Positions 1 to 7,792 of a DNA stretch of 16,668 nt are shown here, one piece after another; the first letter of the stretch is position 1, and each line of letters opens with the position of its first letter. Source of the stretch: a bacterium (GTDB taxonomy: Bacteria; Zhuqueibacterota; Zhuqueibacteria; Zhuqueibacterales; Zhuqueibacteraceae); NCBI GenBank assembly GCA_044869275.1, contig JBIOXB010000106.1, forward strand, positions 1-16,668, read 5' to 3'. A model generated the notes under the pieces. The model was not told the DNA's origin. It saw only the letters and a list, made by a program, of their open reading frames with translations, and ran no database searches. A program made the translations under genes and the position numbers.

Positions 1-35
1 CGTGCCATTTTCGCCCCCGCAACCCAAACTTGATT

Positions 36-920
36 TTACATCCCCAAATCCACCACCTTCGGCTTCTCCCCGGCATAATCATAAAAACCTTTGCCGCTTT
101 TCTTGCCGTGGTAGCCCGCCAGCACCATCTTGCGCAACAACGGCGGCGGAGCATACTTGGCGTCGCGATATTCTTCGAACATAATGTTGGCGATGTACAG
201 CGTCGTGTCCAAGCCGACAAAATCCAGCAGCGTGAGCGGTCCCATGGGATAGCCGCAGCCCAGCACCATGCCCTTGTCGATATCTTCCACCGAGGCCACG
301 CCGTTTTCCACGGCGCGAATGGCGTCGAGCAAATACGGCACAAGCAGGAGATTCACCACGAAGCCGGAATTGTCTTTGCAGGCGATCGGCTCTTTGCCCA
401 ATGATTTCGCGAATGCGAACGCGGCTTCAAAAGTTCCCGCGCTGGTTTGAATCGTGCGCACGACTTCCACCAGCTTCATGAGCGGCACGGGATTGAAAAA
501 GTGCAAACCGACAAAACGATCCCCGCGCTTGGTGGCGGCGGCCATTTCCGTGATGGTGAGTGAAGAAGTATTGCTGGCAAAAATCGTGTGCGCGGCGCAG
601 AGCTTGTCGAGCTCGCCAAAAACTTCTTTTTTGAGATTGATGTTCTCGATCGCGGCTTCGATGATAATGTCCGCGCCTTTCAAATCCGCCAGCGCCGTCG
701 TGCCGGTCAGATTTGACATGATGGCTGTTTTCTGCTCCGCGGTAAGCTTGCCTTTTTCCACACTTTTGCCCAGGAAGCCCTCGATCTTGCCCAGGCCTTT
801 TTTGAGCAAATCATCGTTCACTTCACGCACGATGGTCTTATAACCGGCTTGCGCGCAAACTTGTGCAATGCCCGAACCCATCAAGCCGCAGCCGATGACG
901 CCGGCGGTTTTAATTGCCAT
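36..920 (-). CDS. hbd: 3-hydroxybutyryl-CoA (3-hydroxyacyl-CoA) dehydrogenase
   Basis: Rossmann motif VIGCGLMGSGIA, plus IIEAAIE, FASNTSSL, GLHFFNPVP, GYPMGP and GKKSGKGFYDY. Start moved from 977 to the ATG at 920 (MAIKTAG), which follows the RBS AGGAGGAG. Confidence 0.93.
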   Translation of the reverse strand: MAIKTAGVIGCGLMGSGIAQVCAQAGYKTIVREVNDDLLKKGLGKIEGFLGKSVEKGKLTAEQKTAIMSNLTGTTALADLKGADIIIEAAIENINLKKEVFGELDKLCAAHTIFASNTSSLTITEMAAATKRGDRFVGLHFFNPVPLMKLVEVVRTIQTSAGTFEAAFAFAKSLGKEPIACKDNSGFVVNLLLVPYLLDAIRAVENGVASVEDIDKGMVLGCGYPMGPLTLLDFVGLDTTLYIANIMFEEYRDAKYAPPPLLRKMVLAGYHGKKSGKGFYDYAGEKPKVVDLGM

Positions 921-942
921 TGCTCCTCCTGAAATATGATTT

Positions 943-1009
943 GTCATTCCCGTCGCGCCGCTGCGGGAGGAATCCATGATTTTGTTGGACTTTCTGGATA
1001 CCCGCTTTC
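943..1009. repeat. Degenerate REP-like element (GTCATTCCCG...GGAATCC / TGGATACCCGC type)
   Basis: gtcattcccg...gcgggaggaatcca followed by ctggatacccgc. Resembles the widespread GTCATTCCCGCG-GCGGGAATCC extragenic palindrome but is decayed. Confidence 0.45.
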
Positions 1010-1023
1010 AAAAAACAACTGTC

Positions 1024-2205
1024 TTAAAGCGCCTCGACAATCACCGCTGCGCCTTGTCCGCCGCCGATGCAGGCAGTGGCCAAACCGTACTTTTGTTTGC
1101 GCCGCCGCAGTTCGTGCAAAAGTGTCAGCGTCAAGCGCGTGCCGCTGGCTGCGAGCGGGTGGCCGATGGCGATCGCGCCGCCGTTGACATTGGTGATATC
1201 GCGCTTCAATCCCAATTCCTTTTCCACGGCGAGATATTGTGGCGCGAAGGCTTCGTTCACTTCGACCAGATTCATTTGCTCCAGTTTCATACCAGCGCGC
1301 TGCAAGGCGTTGCGGCTCGCCGGAACCGGCCCAATGCCCATGAGGCTCGGCTCCACGCCGGCAAAGCCCCAGTTTACCAACCGTCCCATCGCCTTCAAGC
1401 CGCGCTTCTCTGCGGCCGCCGCCGTCATCATCACCATCGCCGCGGCGCCATCCACCATGCCGCTGGCGTTGCCGGCCGTAATCGTGCCATCTTTTTTGAA
1501 ATAAGGTGAGAGCCTGGCCAGGCCTTCCAAAGTCGTATCCGGACGCGGATGCTCGTCGCGCGTGAATGGCGTCGAGCCTTTTTTGCCGGGGACTGCCACG
1601 GGCACGGCTTCGTCATTGAATTTGCCGCTTTCCCAGGCCGCGGCCGTGCGCTTCTGGCTGAGCAAGGCGTATTCGTCGCAAGCCGTGCGGCTGATGCCGA
1701 GCTTGTCCGCGAGATTTTCCGCGGTCTGTGCCATGGTCAGGCCGCAATTTGCATCAAGCAGAGATTCCCACAAATAATCTTCAAGCTTGCCGCTGTTCAG
1801 TCGCAAACCCCAACGCGCGCCGCGAATGATGTGCGGCGCCTGGCTCATGCTTTCCGTGCCGCCCGCGAGCACCACCTCGGCCTCGCCCAGCAGCAGCAAA
1901 CGCGCGCCTTGTACCAGCGCCTCGAAGCCCGAGCCGCACAAGCGATTAACCGTGAGCGCCGGAGTTTCGATGCGGCAGCCCGCCTTGAGTGCGACGTACC
2001 GCGCGAGATAAATCGCATCCTGCGAGGTTTGCATGACGTTGCCGAAGATCACGTGTTCCACCTCTTTGGCCTCAATCCCGGCTTTTTCCAGGGCCGCCTG
2101 CGCCGCGACCACGCCAAGCTGCGTCGCCGTAAAGTCTTTCAGCGCGCCGCCAAACGCCCCGAAGGCTGTGCGCGCGCCGCTGAGAAAAACAACGTCTTTG
2201 CTCAT
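1024..2205 (-). CDS. atoB: Acetyl-CoA C-acetyltransferase (thiolase)
   Basis: Catalytic Cys in NRLCGSG, plus AGGTESMS, NEAF, GGAIAIGHPLAASG and CIGGGQG; 393 aa. Confidence 0.92.
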   Translation of the reverse strand: MSKDVVFLSGARTAFGAFGGALKDFTATQLGVVAAQAALEKAGIEAKEVEHVIFGNVMQTSQDAIYLARYVALKAGCRIETPALTVNRLCGSGFEALVQGARLLLLGEAEVVLAGGTESMSQAPHIIRGARWGLRLNSGKLEDYLWESLLDANCGLTMAQTAENLADKLGISRTACDEYALLSQKRTAAAWESGKFNDEAVPVAVPGKKGSTPFTRDEHPRPDTTLEGLARLSPYFKKDGTITAGNASGMVDGAAAMVMMTAAAAEKRGLKAMGRLVNWGFAGVEPSLMGIGPVPASRNALQRAGMKLEQMNLVEVNEAFAPQYLAVEKELGLKRDITNVNGGAIAIGHPLAASGTRLTLTLLHELRRRKQKYGLATACIGGGQGAAVIVEAL

Positions 2206-2270
2206 GATTCAAATTTCTCTTTATGAGGTTCGAATTTGCCGTTGATCGTTTTTCGCATGAACACCTTCTC

Positions 2271-2299
2271 AAAATAACAAAAATGCACCTGGATGTAAA
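2271..2299 (-). promoter_or_regulatory. Putative sigma70-type promoter for thiolase-hbd
   Basis: Minus strand TTTACA (2299-2294), 17-bp spacer, then TATTTT (2276-2271) preceded by TG-N. Confidence 0.45.
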
Positions 2300-2366
2300 G
2301 CAAAAGATTGCAGCGGCAAAGGTGAATATGATGGCACCTCGGCGTTTTGGCATCGTAACTTTTTCT

Positions 2367-2395
2367 TTGACATTCGTCCTCGTTCTCGCTATCTT
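2367..2395 (+). promoter_or_regulatory. Putative sigma70-type promoter for the 2432 ORF
   Basis: Perfect TTGACA (2367-2372), 17-bp spacer, TATCTT (2390-2395), 36 nt before the ATG. Confidence 0.55.
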
Positions 2396-2431
2396 CATCG
2401 TCGATTTAAAAGAATATCGGAGCTTGAGCGC

Positions 2432-2788
2432 ATGCTTGGAAAGCCGTCGGCCGTCGCGCCGCAGGATTTGGTGCTGGTGCATATCGACCACAAGCCGTCA
2501 TTCTTTGCGCGCGTGGAAGATATCAACCCAGATTACAAGCGCGGCTGGTGGCACGTCAAGCTGTTTGTGTTGGCGTTACCCATGAAGACCGTGACGTGGA
2601 TCATCGACGACGATCAAATTCGCGGCGCGGATTTTACCATGGGTGGCACGCCGGTGCGCCTGGAAAAAATCTCGGCGCCGCGCGAAGAGACCGTCGAAGA
2701 GACGCCGGACGCCAATGCGGAAACCGGCACAGCGCCGGCACGCAAGCAAGCTCGCATTCTATCTTTCAACAAAAAAACAGCGGAGTGA
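2432..2788 (+). CDS. Hypothetical protein, 118 aa (beta-rich N-terminal domain, low-complexity tail)
   Basis: Host-like codon usage, GGAG and a good promoter upstream, protein-like sequence (DLVLVHIDHKPSFFARVEDINPD...FTMGGTPVRLEK). Fills the gap without overlapping real genes. Confidence 0.8.
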   Translation: MLGKPSAVAPQDLVLVHIDHKPSFFARVEDINPDYKRGWWHVKLFVLALPMKTVTWIIDDDQIRGADFTMGGTPVRLEKISAPREETVEETPDANAETGTAPARKQARILSFNKKTAE

Positions 2789-2973
2789 TTTTCCGCTCGC
2801 CTGTTGGCTTGGCAGAAGTATCGCGCGTTTTTTGAAAACCTAGACAACATCGTCAAGTAACCTGGCGCAGGCCAGTTAGGATGAAGGCGACAAAGCGGTT
2901 GCCGGACAAACTCTGAATCCCACTCCAAATCGACCATGAAGTCACGCGACATTTCTTGGCTACAGAGGGAAAC

Positions 2974-3738
2974 ATGAGAGGTTCGGGAGTTGTTTTGGCG
3001 ACACTCATCACGCTATCGTCGGCGGCGCTGATTTATCACCGCGCCCATCCGGCGATTGAAACGCAATGGGTGACGTACCAAAGCGGCGATGAAACCGTGC
3101 GCGCTTTTGTGTCCATGCCGTTGAGCGGTGGCACCGCGCCCGCCCTGATCATCATTCATGAATGGTGGGGTTTGAATGATTGGGTGCAGCAAAACGCTAA
3201 AAAACTGGCGAAGGAAGGCTATGTCGTGCTCGCCATTGACCTGTATCGTGGCGAAGTGACGGCGGAGCAGGAAACCGCCCATCAATTGATGCGCGGCTTG
3301 CCGGAAGATCGCGCGCTGCGTGATTTGCAGGCGGCATTTGCCTATCTACAAACGCGCGAGGACGTTGACAAGAATCGCATTGGCAGCATCGGCTGGTGCA
3401 TGGGCGGCGGTTATTCATTGCAAGCCGCGGTCCATCTACCCGAGCTTGCGGCGTGCGTGGTCAACTATGGCCGCCTGGTTACGGATGCAAATTTGATCAA
3501 GCAAATCAACGCCCCGATTCTCGGCATCTTTGGCGGCCTGGACCGCGGCATTCCCGTCAAGGACGTGCGCGCCTTCGAAAAACAGGCCACAGATTCCGGC
3601 AAAAGCGTGACCATCACCATCTACCCGAAATCCGGACACGGGTTCATCAACGAGAACAATGCCAAAGCCCACAACGCCAATGACGCCGACGAGGCGTGGG
3701 AAAAAACCATTGAGTTCTTGGCCGAGAATCTAAAATAA
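2974..3738 (+). CDS. Dienelactone hydrolase family protein with N-terminal hydrophobic/signal segment
   Basis: IIIHEWWGLN, nucleophile GWCMGG, Asp in FGGLD, His in SGHGF. ATG 2974 follows GAGGGA. Confidence 0.9.
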   Translation: MRGSGVVLATLITLSSAALIYHRAHPAIETQWVTYQSGDETVRAFVSMPLSGGTAPALIIIHEWWGLNDWVQQNAKKLAKEGYVVLAIDLYRGEVTAEQETAHQLMRGLPEDRALRDLQAAFAYLQTREDVDKNRIGSIGWCMGGGYSLQAAVHLPELAACVVNYGRLVTDANLIKQINAPILGIFGGLDRGIPVKDVRAFEKQATDSGKSVTITIYPKSGHGFINENNAKAHNANDADEAWEKTIEFLAENLK

Positions 3739-4041
3739 CGGGCAACCCAACAGAGTATCCTTTACCCTAATTGAAGAAAGAATCCCGCCCTGTGCGCTCT
3801 CCCCAGCAGTCATCCTTCATTTAAAATCTATTGCTCCAAATAATTTCGCTTGTGCTGGATCGAGGAGGGAAGGTGTGTTGCCGTGGCATTGCTGTTACAA
3901 AAAGCTGAAATCGTGCTGCGGCATGGCAGGCGCGCCGTAACCACAAAAAAGCCGTCGCCCCTCCCGGGCTGGCGGCGGCCCGGAGGCTCTGCACTTGAGG
4001 GGACGAGGGGCGATAACGAAGTCAGGACAAGGAGACGGCAA

Positions 4042-5187
4042 GTGAATCTCGGAATTCCCAAAGAAATTTCCCCCGATGAAACACGCGTCGCGCTGGTGCC
4101 CAGCGCCATAAGCGTGTTGAGAAAAAATGGGCACACGGTTTTCGTCGAAGCAGGCGCGGGTGCCGGTGCAAGCTTTTCCGATGCGGAATTTGCAGCGGCA
4201 GGCGCGGTGATCGCCCAAGATACAAGAGAATTGTATCGCCAGGGCGAAGTGATCATGAAACTAAATCCGCCCCGCGAGCATCCCACCGCGGGCGCACACG
4301 AAACCGAGCTCATGCGCGAAGGCGCCGTTTTGTTCGCCTTTTTGTCTCCTCATTCAGAAGCGGCAGCGCTGCGGAAACTGGTTGCACGCAAGATCACTGC
4401 GTTTGCCATGGAATATATCCCGCGCATTACGCGCGCACAGAGCATGGACGCATTGAGCTCGATGGCGACCGTGGCCGGCTATAAGGCGGTTTTGCTGGCT
4501 GCAGCCCGGCTCAATAAAATGTTTCCTCTTTTGATGACCGCCGCTGGCACAATTCCACCGGCCAATGTGTTGGTATTGGGCGCGGGTGTCGCCGGTTTGC
4601 AAGCCATCGCCACCGCCAAACGACTGGGCGCGAAAGTCGAAGCCTTTGATCCGCGCCCGGCAGTGAAGGAGCAGGTCAAAAGCCTGGGGGCGTCTTTCAT
4701 CGAAATGGAAATCACGGAGAATTTGGAAACCAGCGGGGGGTATGCCAAAGAACAATCTGAAGCGTTTCTCTTGAAAGAACGCGAAGTGATCGGTGCGAGA
4801 TTGCCGAAAACCGACGTGGTGATTTGCACCGCGCAAATTTTCGGCAAGCGCGCACCGGTGCTGATCACGGCGGAGATGGTGGCAAAATTGCACCGCGGCG
4901 CAGTAATTGTGGATCTCGCCGCGGAGCAAGGTGGCAACTGCGAGCTCACCGCGCCCGGCAAGGAAATCGTGCACGCAGAGGTCACGATTATCGGCGCCGT
5001 GCAGCTGGCGGCTGCAGTGCCGGTGGACGCCAGCCACATGTATGCGAAAAACCTTACCAGTCTTTTTTTGCACGTTTATCCCAAAGGCACCGAACTGCCG
5101 AATCTCCAAGACGAGATTGTCCGCGGCTGCTGCCTCATGCACCGCGGCGAAATCCTGAATGAGACCTTGAAAAGCCATTTGGGATGA
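4042..5187 (+). CDS. pntAA: NAD(P)+ transhydrogenase subunit alpha, part 1 (soluble NAD(H)-binding domain I)
   Basis: LGIPKE...ETRVALVP, PRITRAQSMDALSSM, GAGVAGLQAIATAKRLGA, GGYAKE, DLAAEQGGNCE. Start set at GTG 4042 after AAGGAG rather than 3850. Confidence 0.93.
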   Translation: MNLGIPKEISPDETRVALVPSAISVLRKNGHTVFVEAGAGAGASFSDAEFAAAGAVIAQDTRELYRQGEVIMKLNPPREHPTAGAHETELMREGAVLFAFLSPHSEAAALRKLVARKITAFAMEYIPRITRAQSMDALSSMATVAGYKAVLLAAARLNKMFPLLMTAAGTIPPANVLVLGAGVAGLQAIATAKRLGAKVEAFDPRPAVKEQVKSLGASFIEMEITENLETSGGYAKEQSEAFLLKEREVIGARLPKTDVVICTAQIFGKRAPVLITAEMVAKLHRGAVIVDLAAEQGGNCELTAPGKEIVHAEVTIIGAVQLAAAVPVDASHMYAKNLTSLFLHVYPKGTELPNLQDEIVRGCCLMHRGEILNETLKSHLG

Positions 5188-5190
5188 GGC

Positions 5191-5307
5191 AGACTGTGTG
5201 AAAACATGGGAATGCCGCACCCTGAGCTTGTCGAAGGGTGCTAAGCTCAAAAGATCCGGCTTCGACAAGCTCAGCCGGCGTTGAAACCAAGCGTTTTCAC
5301 ACAGTCT
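5191..5307. mobile_element. MITE-like element with terminal inverted repeats and an internal REP-like palindrome
   Basis: TIR AGACTGTGTGAAAAC (5191-5205) / GTTTTCACACAGTCT (5293-5307). Direct repeat GAGGC on both sides (5186-5190, 5308-5312). Inner perfect 15-bp IR CTGAGCTTGTCGAAG (5222-5236) / CTTCGACAAGCTCAG (5260-5274). Confidence 0.75.
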
Positions 5308-5391
5308 GAGGCACCCGCGGCGGTATGCACTTCCATTTTCGTGCGTGCCGCTTCATGATCTAACCAGAATAGCGACGGAGGAGGACACCAC

Positions 5392-5706
5392 ATGCCGGGC
5401 GAAATTAGCCAATCAGATATTGCCATCAATCTCTTGATCTTTCTGCTCTCCACCTTTCTGGGTCTGGAGCTCATTCGCCATGTTTCCAAATTGCTGCACA
5501 CCCCGCTGATGTCATTGACCAATGCCATTTCTTCGGTCTCAGTGGTGGCGGCCCTTCTGGTCATCGCTCATGCCAAGGACGATTTCATCTTGTCTTTGGC
5601 AATGGTCGGCGTCGCACTGGCCGTGATCAACGTGGTCAGCGGATTCATGATCACCGAGCGCATACTGAAAATGTTCAAGAAGGGCAACGGAGGAGAGAAG
5701 AAGTAA
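5392..5706 (+). CDS. pntAB: NAD(P)+ transhydrogenase subunit alpha, part 2 (membrane)
   Basis: LHTPLMSLTNAIS and INVVSGFMITERILKMFK, hydrophobic helices, GGAGGAGG RBS. Confidence 0.92.
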   Translation: MPGEISQSDIAINLLIFLLSTFLGLELIRHVSKLLHTPLMSLTNAISSVSVVAALLVIAHAKDDFILSLAMVGVALAVINVVSGFMITERILKMFKKGNGGEKK

Positions 5707-7079
5707 TGGATGCAATGGCGGCATATTTGTACGTGCTTTCAGCGGTCTTGTTCGTATTTTCACTCAAATGGATGAGTGGCATTAAAACCTCGCGCTGGGG
5801 AAACTGGGCCGGCGCGGTGGGGATGTTCCTGGCCGTGGTGGCGACGCTGCTTGCCGTTGGCATGCACCACTACCAACTCTTGCTGCTCGCGGTGGTGATG
5901 GGCACGATTATCGGCGCCCCCATTGCCTTGAAGCTGCCCATGACCGCCGTGCCGCAACGCACCGCCATGTCGCATGCGTTTGGTTCGCTGGCGGTGGCGC
6001 TGGTGGGGACCGCGGAGTATTATCAGCGCGCACCCCATCTCGACACCTTCACCACCGCCGTGCTGGCTTCCGAAATGATTTTGGGATACCTCACCTTCAC
6101 GGGCTCCGTCATTGCATTTGCCAAGCTGCAGGAAATGATTTCGGGCAAACCCCTCATCTACCCGGCCAGGAACGTCGTCAGCATGGTGGTCCTGGCGGTT
6201 GCCGCCCTCCTGGGATTTGCCCTGGTGCTCAATCCCGCCCAGAGTCTTCTGGTGCCGGTCATGGCTTTCTTTGCGCTGGTGTTTGGTTTTCTGTTGGTGA
6301 TGGGAATCGGTGGCGCCGATATGCCCACCGTCATTGCCATCTTAAATTCCTATGCCGGGCTTTCCGCCGCGGCGCTGGGATTCGTGCTCAACAACAAGCT
6401 GCTCATTGTGGCCGGCACGCTCGACGGCTCCTCCGGTTTCATCCTGGCCATCCTGATGTGCAAGGCAATGAACCGCTCTTTTACCAACGTGCTTTTCGGC
6501 GGCGTGGGCGCGGTCGTCAGCAAATCCGGCCCGGGCGCGCCAGCCGTTCGCACGGTGCCCTCCTACACGCCGGAAGACGCCGCCTTCATTCTCGAGAGCG
6601 CGCAATCCGTTATCATCGTCCCGGGTTATGGCCTGGCGGTGGCGCAAGCCCAGCACGTGTTGCAGGACCTGGCCAGGATGCTGATGGAGCGGGGCACCAC
6701 CGTGCGCTATGCCATTCATCCGGTGGCCGGCCGCATGCCCGGGCACATGAACGTTTTGCTCGCGGAAGCCAATGTGTCTTATGACCTGTTGTTGGAGATG
6801 GACGATATCAACGAAGATTTTCAAAACACCGACGTCGCACTGGTGATCGGCGCGAACGACGTCGTCAATCCCGGGGCGCGCTACAAGCAGGAAAGTCCGC
6901 TGTATGGCATGCCGATTCTGAACGTCGATCACGCGCGCACGGTGATGGTGGTCAAGCGCAGTCTCGGCGCCGGCTTCGCCGGGGAAGACAATGAGTTATT
7001 CTACGATAAGAAGACGATGATGCTGTTTGGGGATGCGAAAAAGGTGGTGACGGAATTGGTGAAGACGTTGAAGGCGTGA
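5706..7079 (+). CDS. pntB: NAD(P)+ transhydrogenase subunit beta
   Basis: GGADMP, LNSYAG, KAMNRS, VPGYGLAVAQAQ, HPVAGRMPGHMNVLLAEA, GANDVVNP, GDAK. TAATG overlap with the pntAB stop codon. Confidence 0.95.
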   Translation: MDAMAAYLYVLSAVLFVFSLKWMSGIKTSRWGNWAGAVGMFLAVVATLLAVGMHHYQLLLLAVVMGTIIGAPIALKLPMTAVPQRTAMSHAFGSLAVALVGTAEYYQRAPHLDTFTTAVLASEMILGYLTFTGSVIAFAKLQEMISGKPLIYPARNVVSMVVLAVAALLGFALVLNPAQSLLVPVMAFFALVFGFLLVMGIGGADMPTVIAILNSYAGLSAAALGFVLNNKLLIVAGTLDGSSGFILAILMCKAMNRSFTNVLFGGVGAVVSKSGPGAPAVRTVPSYTPEDAAFILESAQSVIIVPGYGLAVAQAQHVLQDLARMLMERGTTVRYAIHPVAGRMPGHMNVLLAEANVSYDLLLEMDDINEDFQNTDVALVIGANDVVNPGARYKQESPLYGMPILNVDHARTVMVVKRSLGAGFAGEDNELFYDKKTMMLFGDAKKVVTELVKTLKA

Positions 7080-7142
7080 ATTGGGAAGCTGGCCGTGCTT
7101 CCTTATTTTGCATCGATAAACAATCAAAAAAACTCAAGAAGC

Positions 7143-7242
7143 TTTTGAACACGGATGACACAGATGCCGCGGATTCAGGCGGATTTTTCGTTTTTGCTTT
7201 ATCCGTGTTTGTCCGCCCAATCCGCGTCATCCGTGTTCAAAA
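7143..7242. repeat. REP-like inverted-repeat element built from ~9-10-nt CGGAT units
   Basis: Perfect 17-bp IR TTTTGAACACGGATGAC (7143-7159) / GTCATCCGTGTTCAAAA (7226-7242), with repeated RCGGAT units in the left arm and ATCCGY-like units in the right arm. Confidence 0.75.
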
Positions 7243-7246
7243 AAAT

Positions 7247-7270
7247 AAAGGCTCGCATCGCGAGCCTTTT
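7247..7270. terminator. Probable bidirectional rho-independent terminator between the converging pnt and tRNA units
   Basis: AAAGGCTCGC-ATC-GCGAGCCTTTT: GC stem with an A-run before and a T-run after. Confidence 0.7.
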
Positions 7271-7319
7271 CCATACCTCCCTCTTGGGGCCTTACCTATG
7301 AGGAAGCAAATCGAATGAG

Positions 7320-7392
7320 TGCGCCCACTAGGAATCGAACCTAGAACCTCCGGATTAAGAGTCCGCTGCTCTGCCAGTTGAGCTATGGGCGC
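7320..7392 (-). tRNA. tRNA-Lys(CTT)
   Basis: Minus strand GCGCCCA/TGGGCGC acceptor stem, GCTC/GAGC D-stem, anticodon loop CT-CTT-AA, T-arm CTAGG-TTCGATT-CCTAG, discriminator A. CCA is not encoded. Confidence 0.95.
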
Positions 7393-7461
7393 AATATCTT
7401 AGTATCACGCATTACGCTTTATGTTTCAGTCAATCCGCAATGCGTAATCCGCAATTCTACG

Positions 7462-7534
7462 TGAGGGTGGAGAGAATCGAACTCTCGGCCAACGGCTTAA
7501 AAGGCCGCTGCTCTACCAGCTGAGCTACACCCTC
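7462..7534 (-). tRNA. tRNA-Lys(TTT)
   Basis: Minus strand GAGGGTG/CACCCTC acceptor stem, anticodon loop CT-TTT-AA, T-arm GAGAG-TTCGATT-CTCTC, discriminator A. CCA is not encoded. Confidence 0.95.
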
Positions 7535-7556
7535 TCACCTTTGACAAAAGTCGTCA

Positions 7557-7586
7557 AATATAATATATCGAAGGGGTAACAGTCAA
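7557..7586 (-). promoter_or_regulatory. Putative sigma70 promoter of the tRNA-Lys pair
   Basis: Minus strand TTGACT (7586-7581), 18-bp spacer, TATATT (7562-7557), about 22 nt before the first tRNA. Confidence 0.6.
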
Positions 7587-7712
7587 TCAAATTTTCCTGT
7601 TGTATGAAATAATTTGATTGCATGCACTGGTGCTTTGTCACTTAAATCGCTATATCCTCAGCCATGTCATCCCGCCGTTGCAGAGGTTTTTCAAAGGCAT
7701 CTTTTTATACTC

Positions 7713-7787
7713 TTTTGACCACGGATGACGCGGATTAGGCTGATTTTCGCGGATTTTGTACATTCTAATCGCCGTGAAATCGCTAAT
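7713..7787. repeat. Second, decayed copy of the CGGAT-unit element
   Basis: TTTTGACCACGGATGACGCGGATT (7713-7736) matches the reverse complement of 7219-7242 at 23/24 positions; the right arm is degenerate. Confidence 0.65.
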
Positions 7788-7792
7788 ATGAA

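Noticed and set aside
921..977. Upstream start for hbd at 977
   Set aside because: Runs through a repeat relic; the strong RBS lies before ATG 920.
3885..3900. Sigma54-like TGGCATT-GCTG-TTAC upstream of pnt
   Set aside because: Lacks the near-invariant GC of the -12 element.
3850..4041. 64-aa N-terminal extension of PntAA in the ORF track
   Set aside because: Not protein-like; family similarity begins at GTG 4042, which has its own RBS.
7320..7534. tRNA-Lys genes as the island attachment site
   Set aside because: aspS separates them from the island, and I saw no duplicated tRNA 3' end in 9856-11013.
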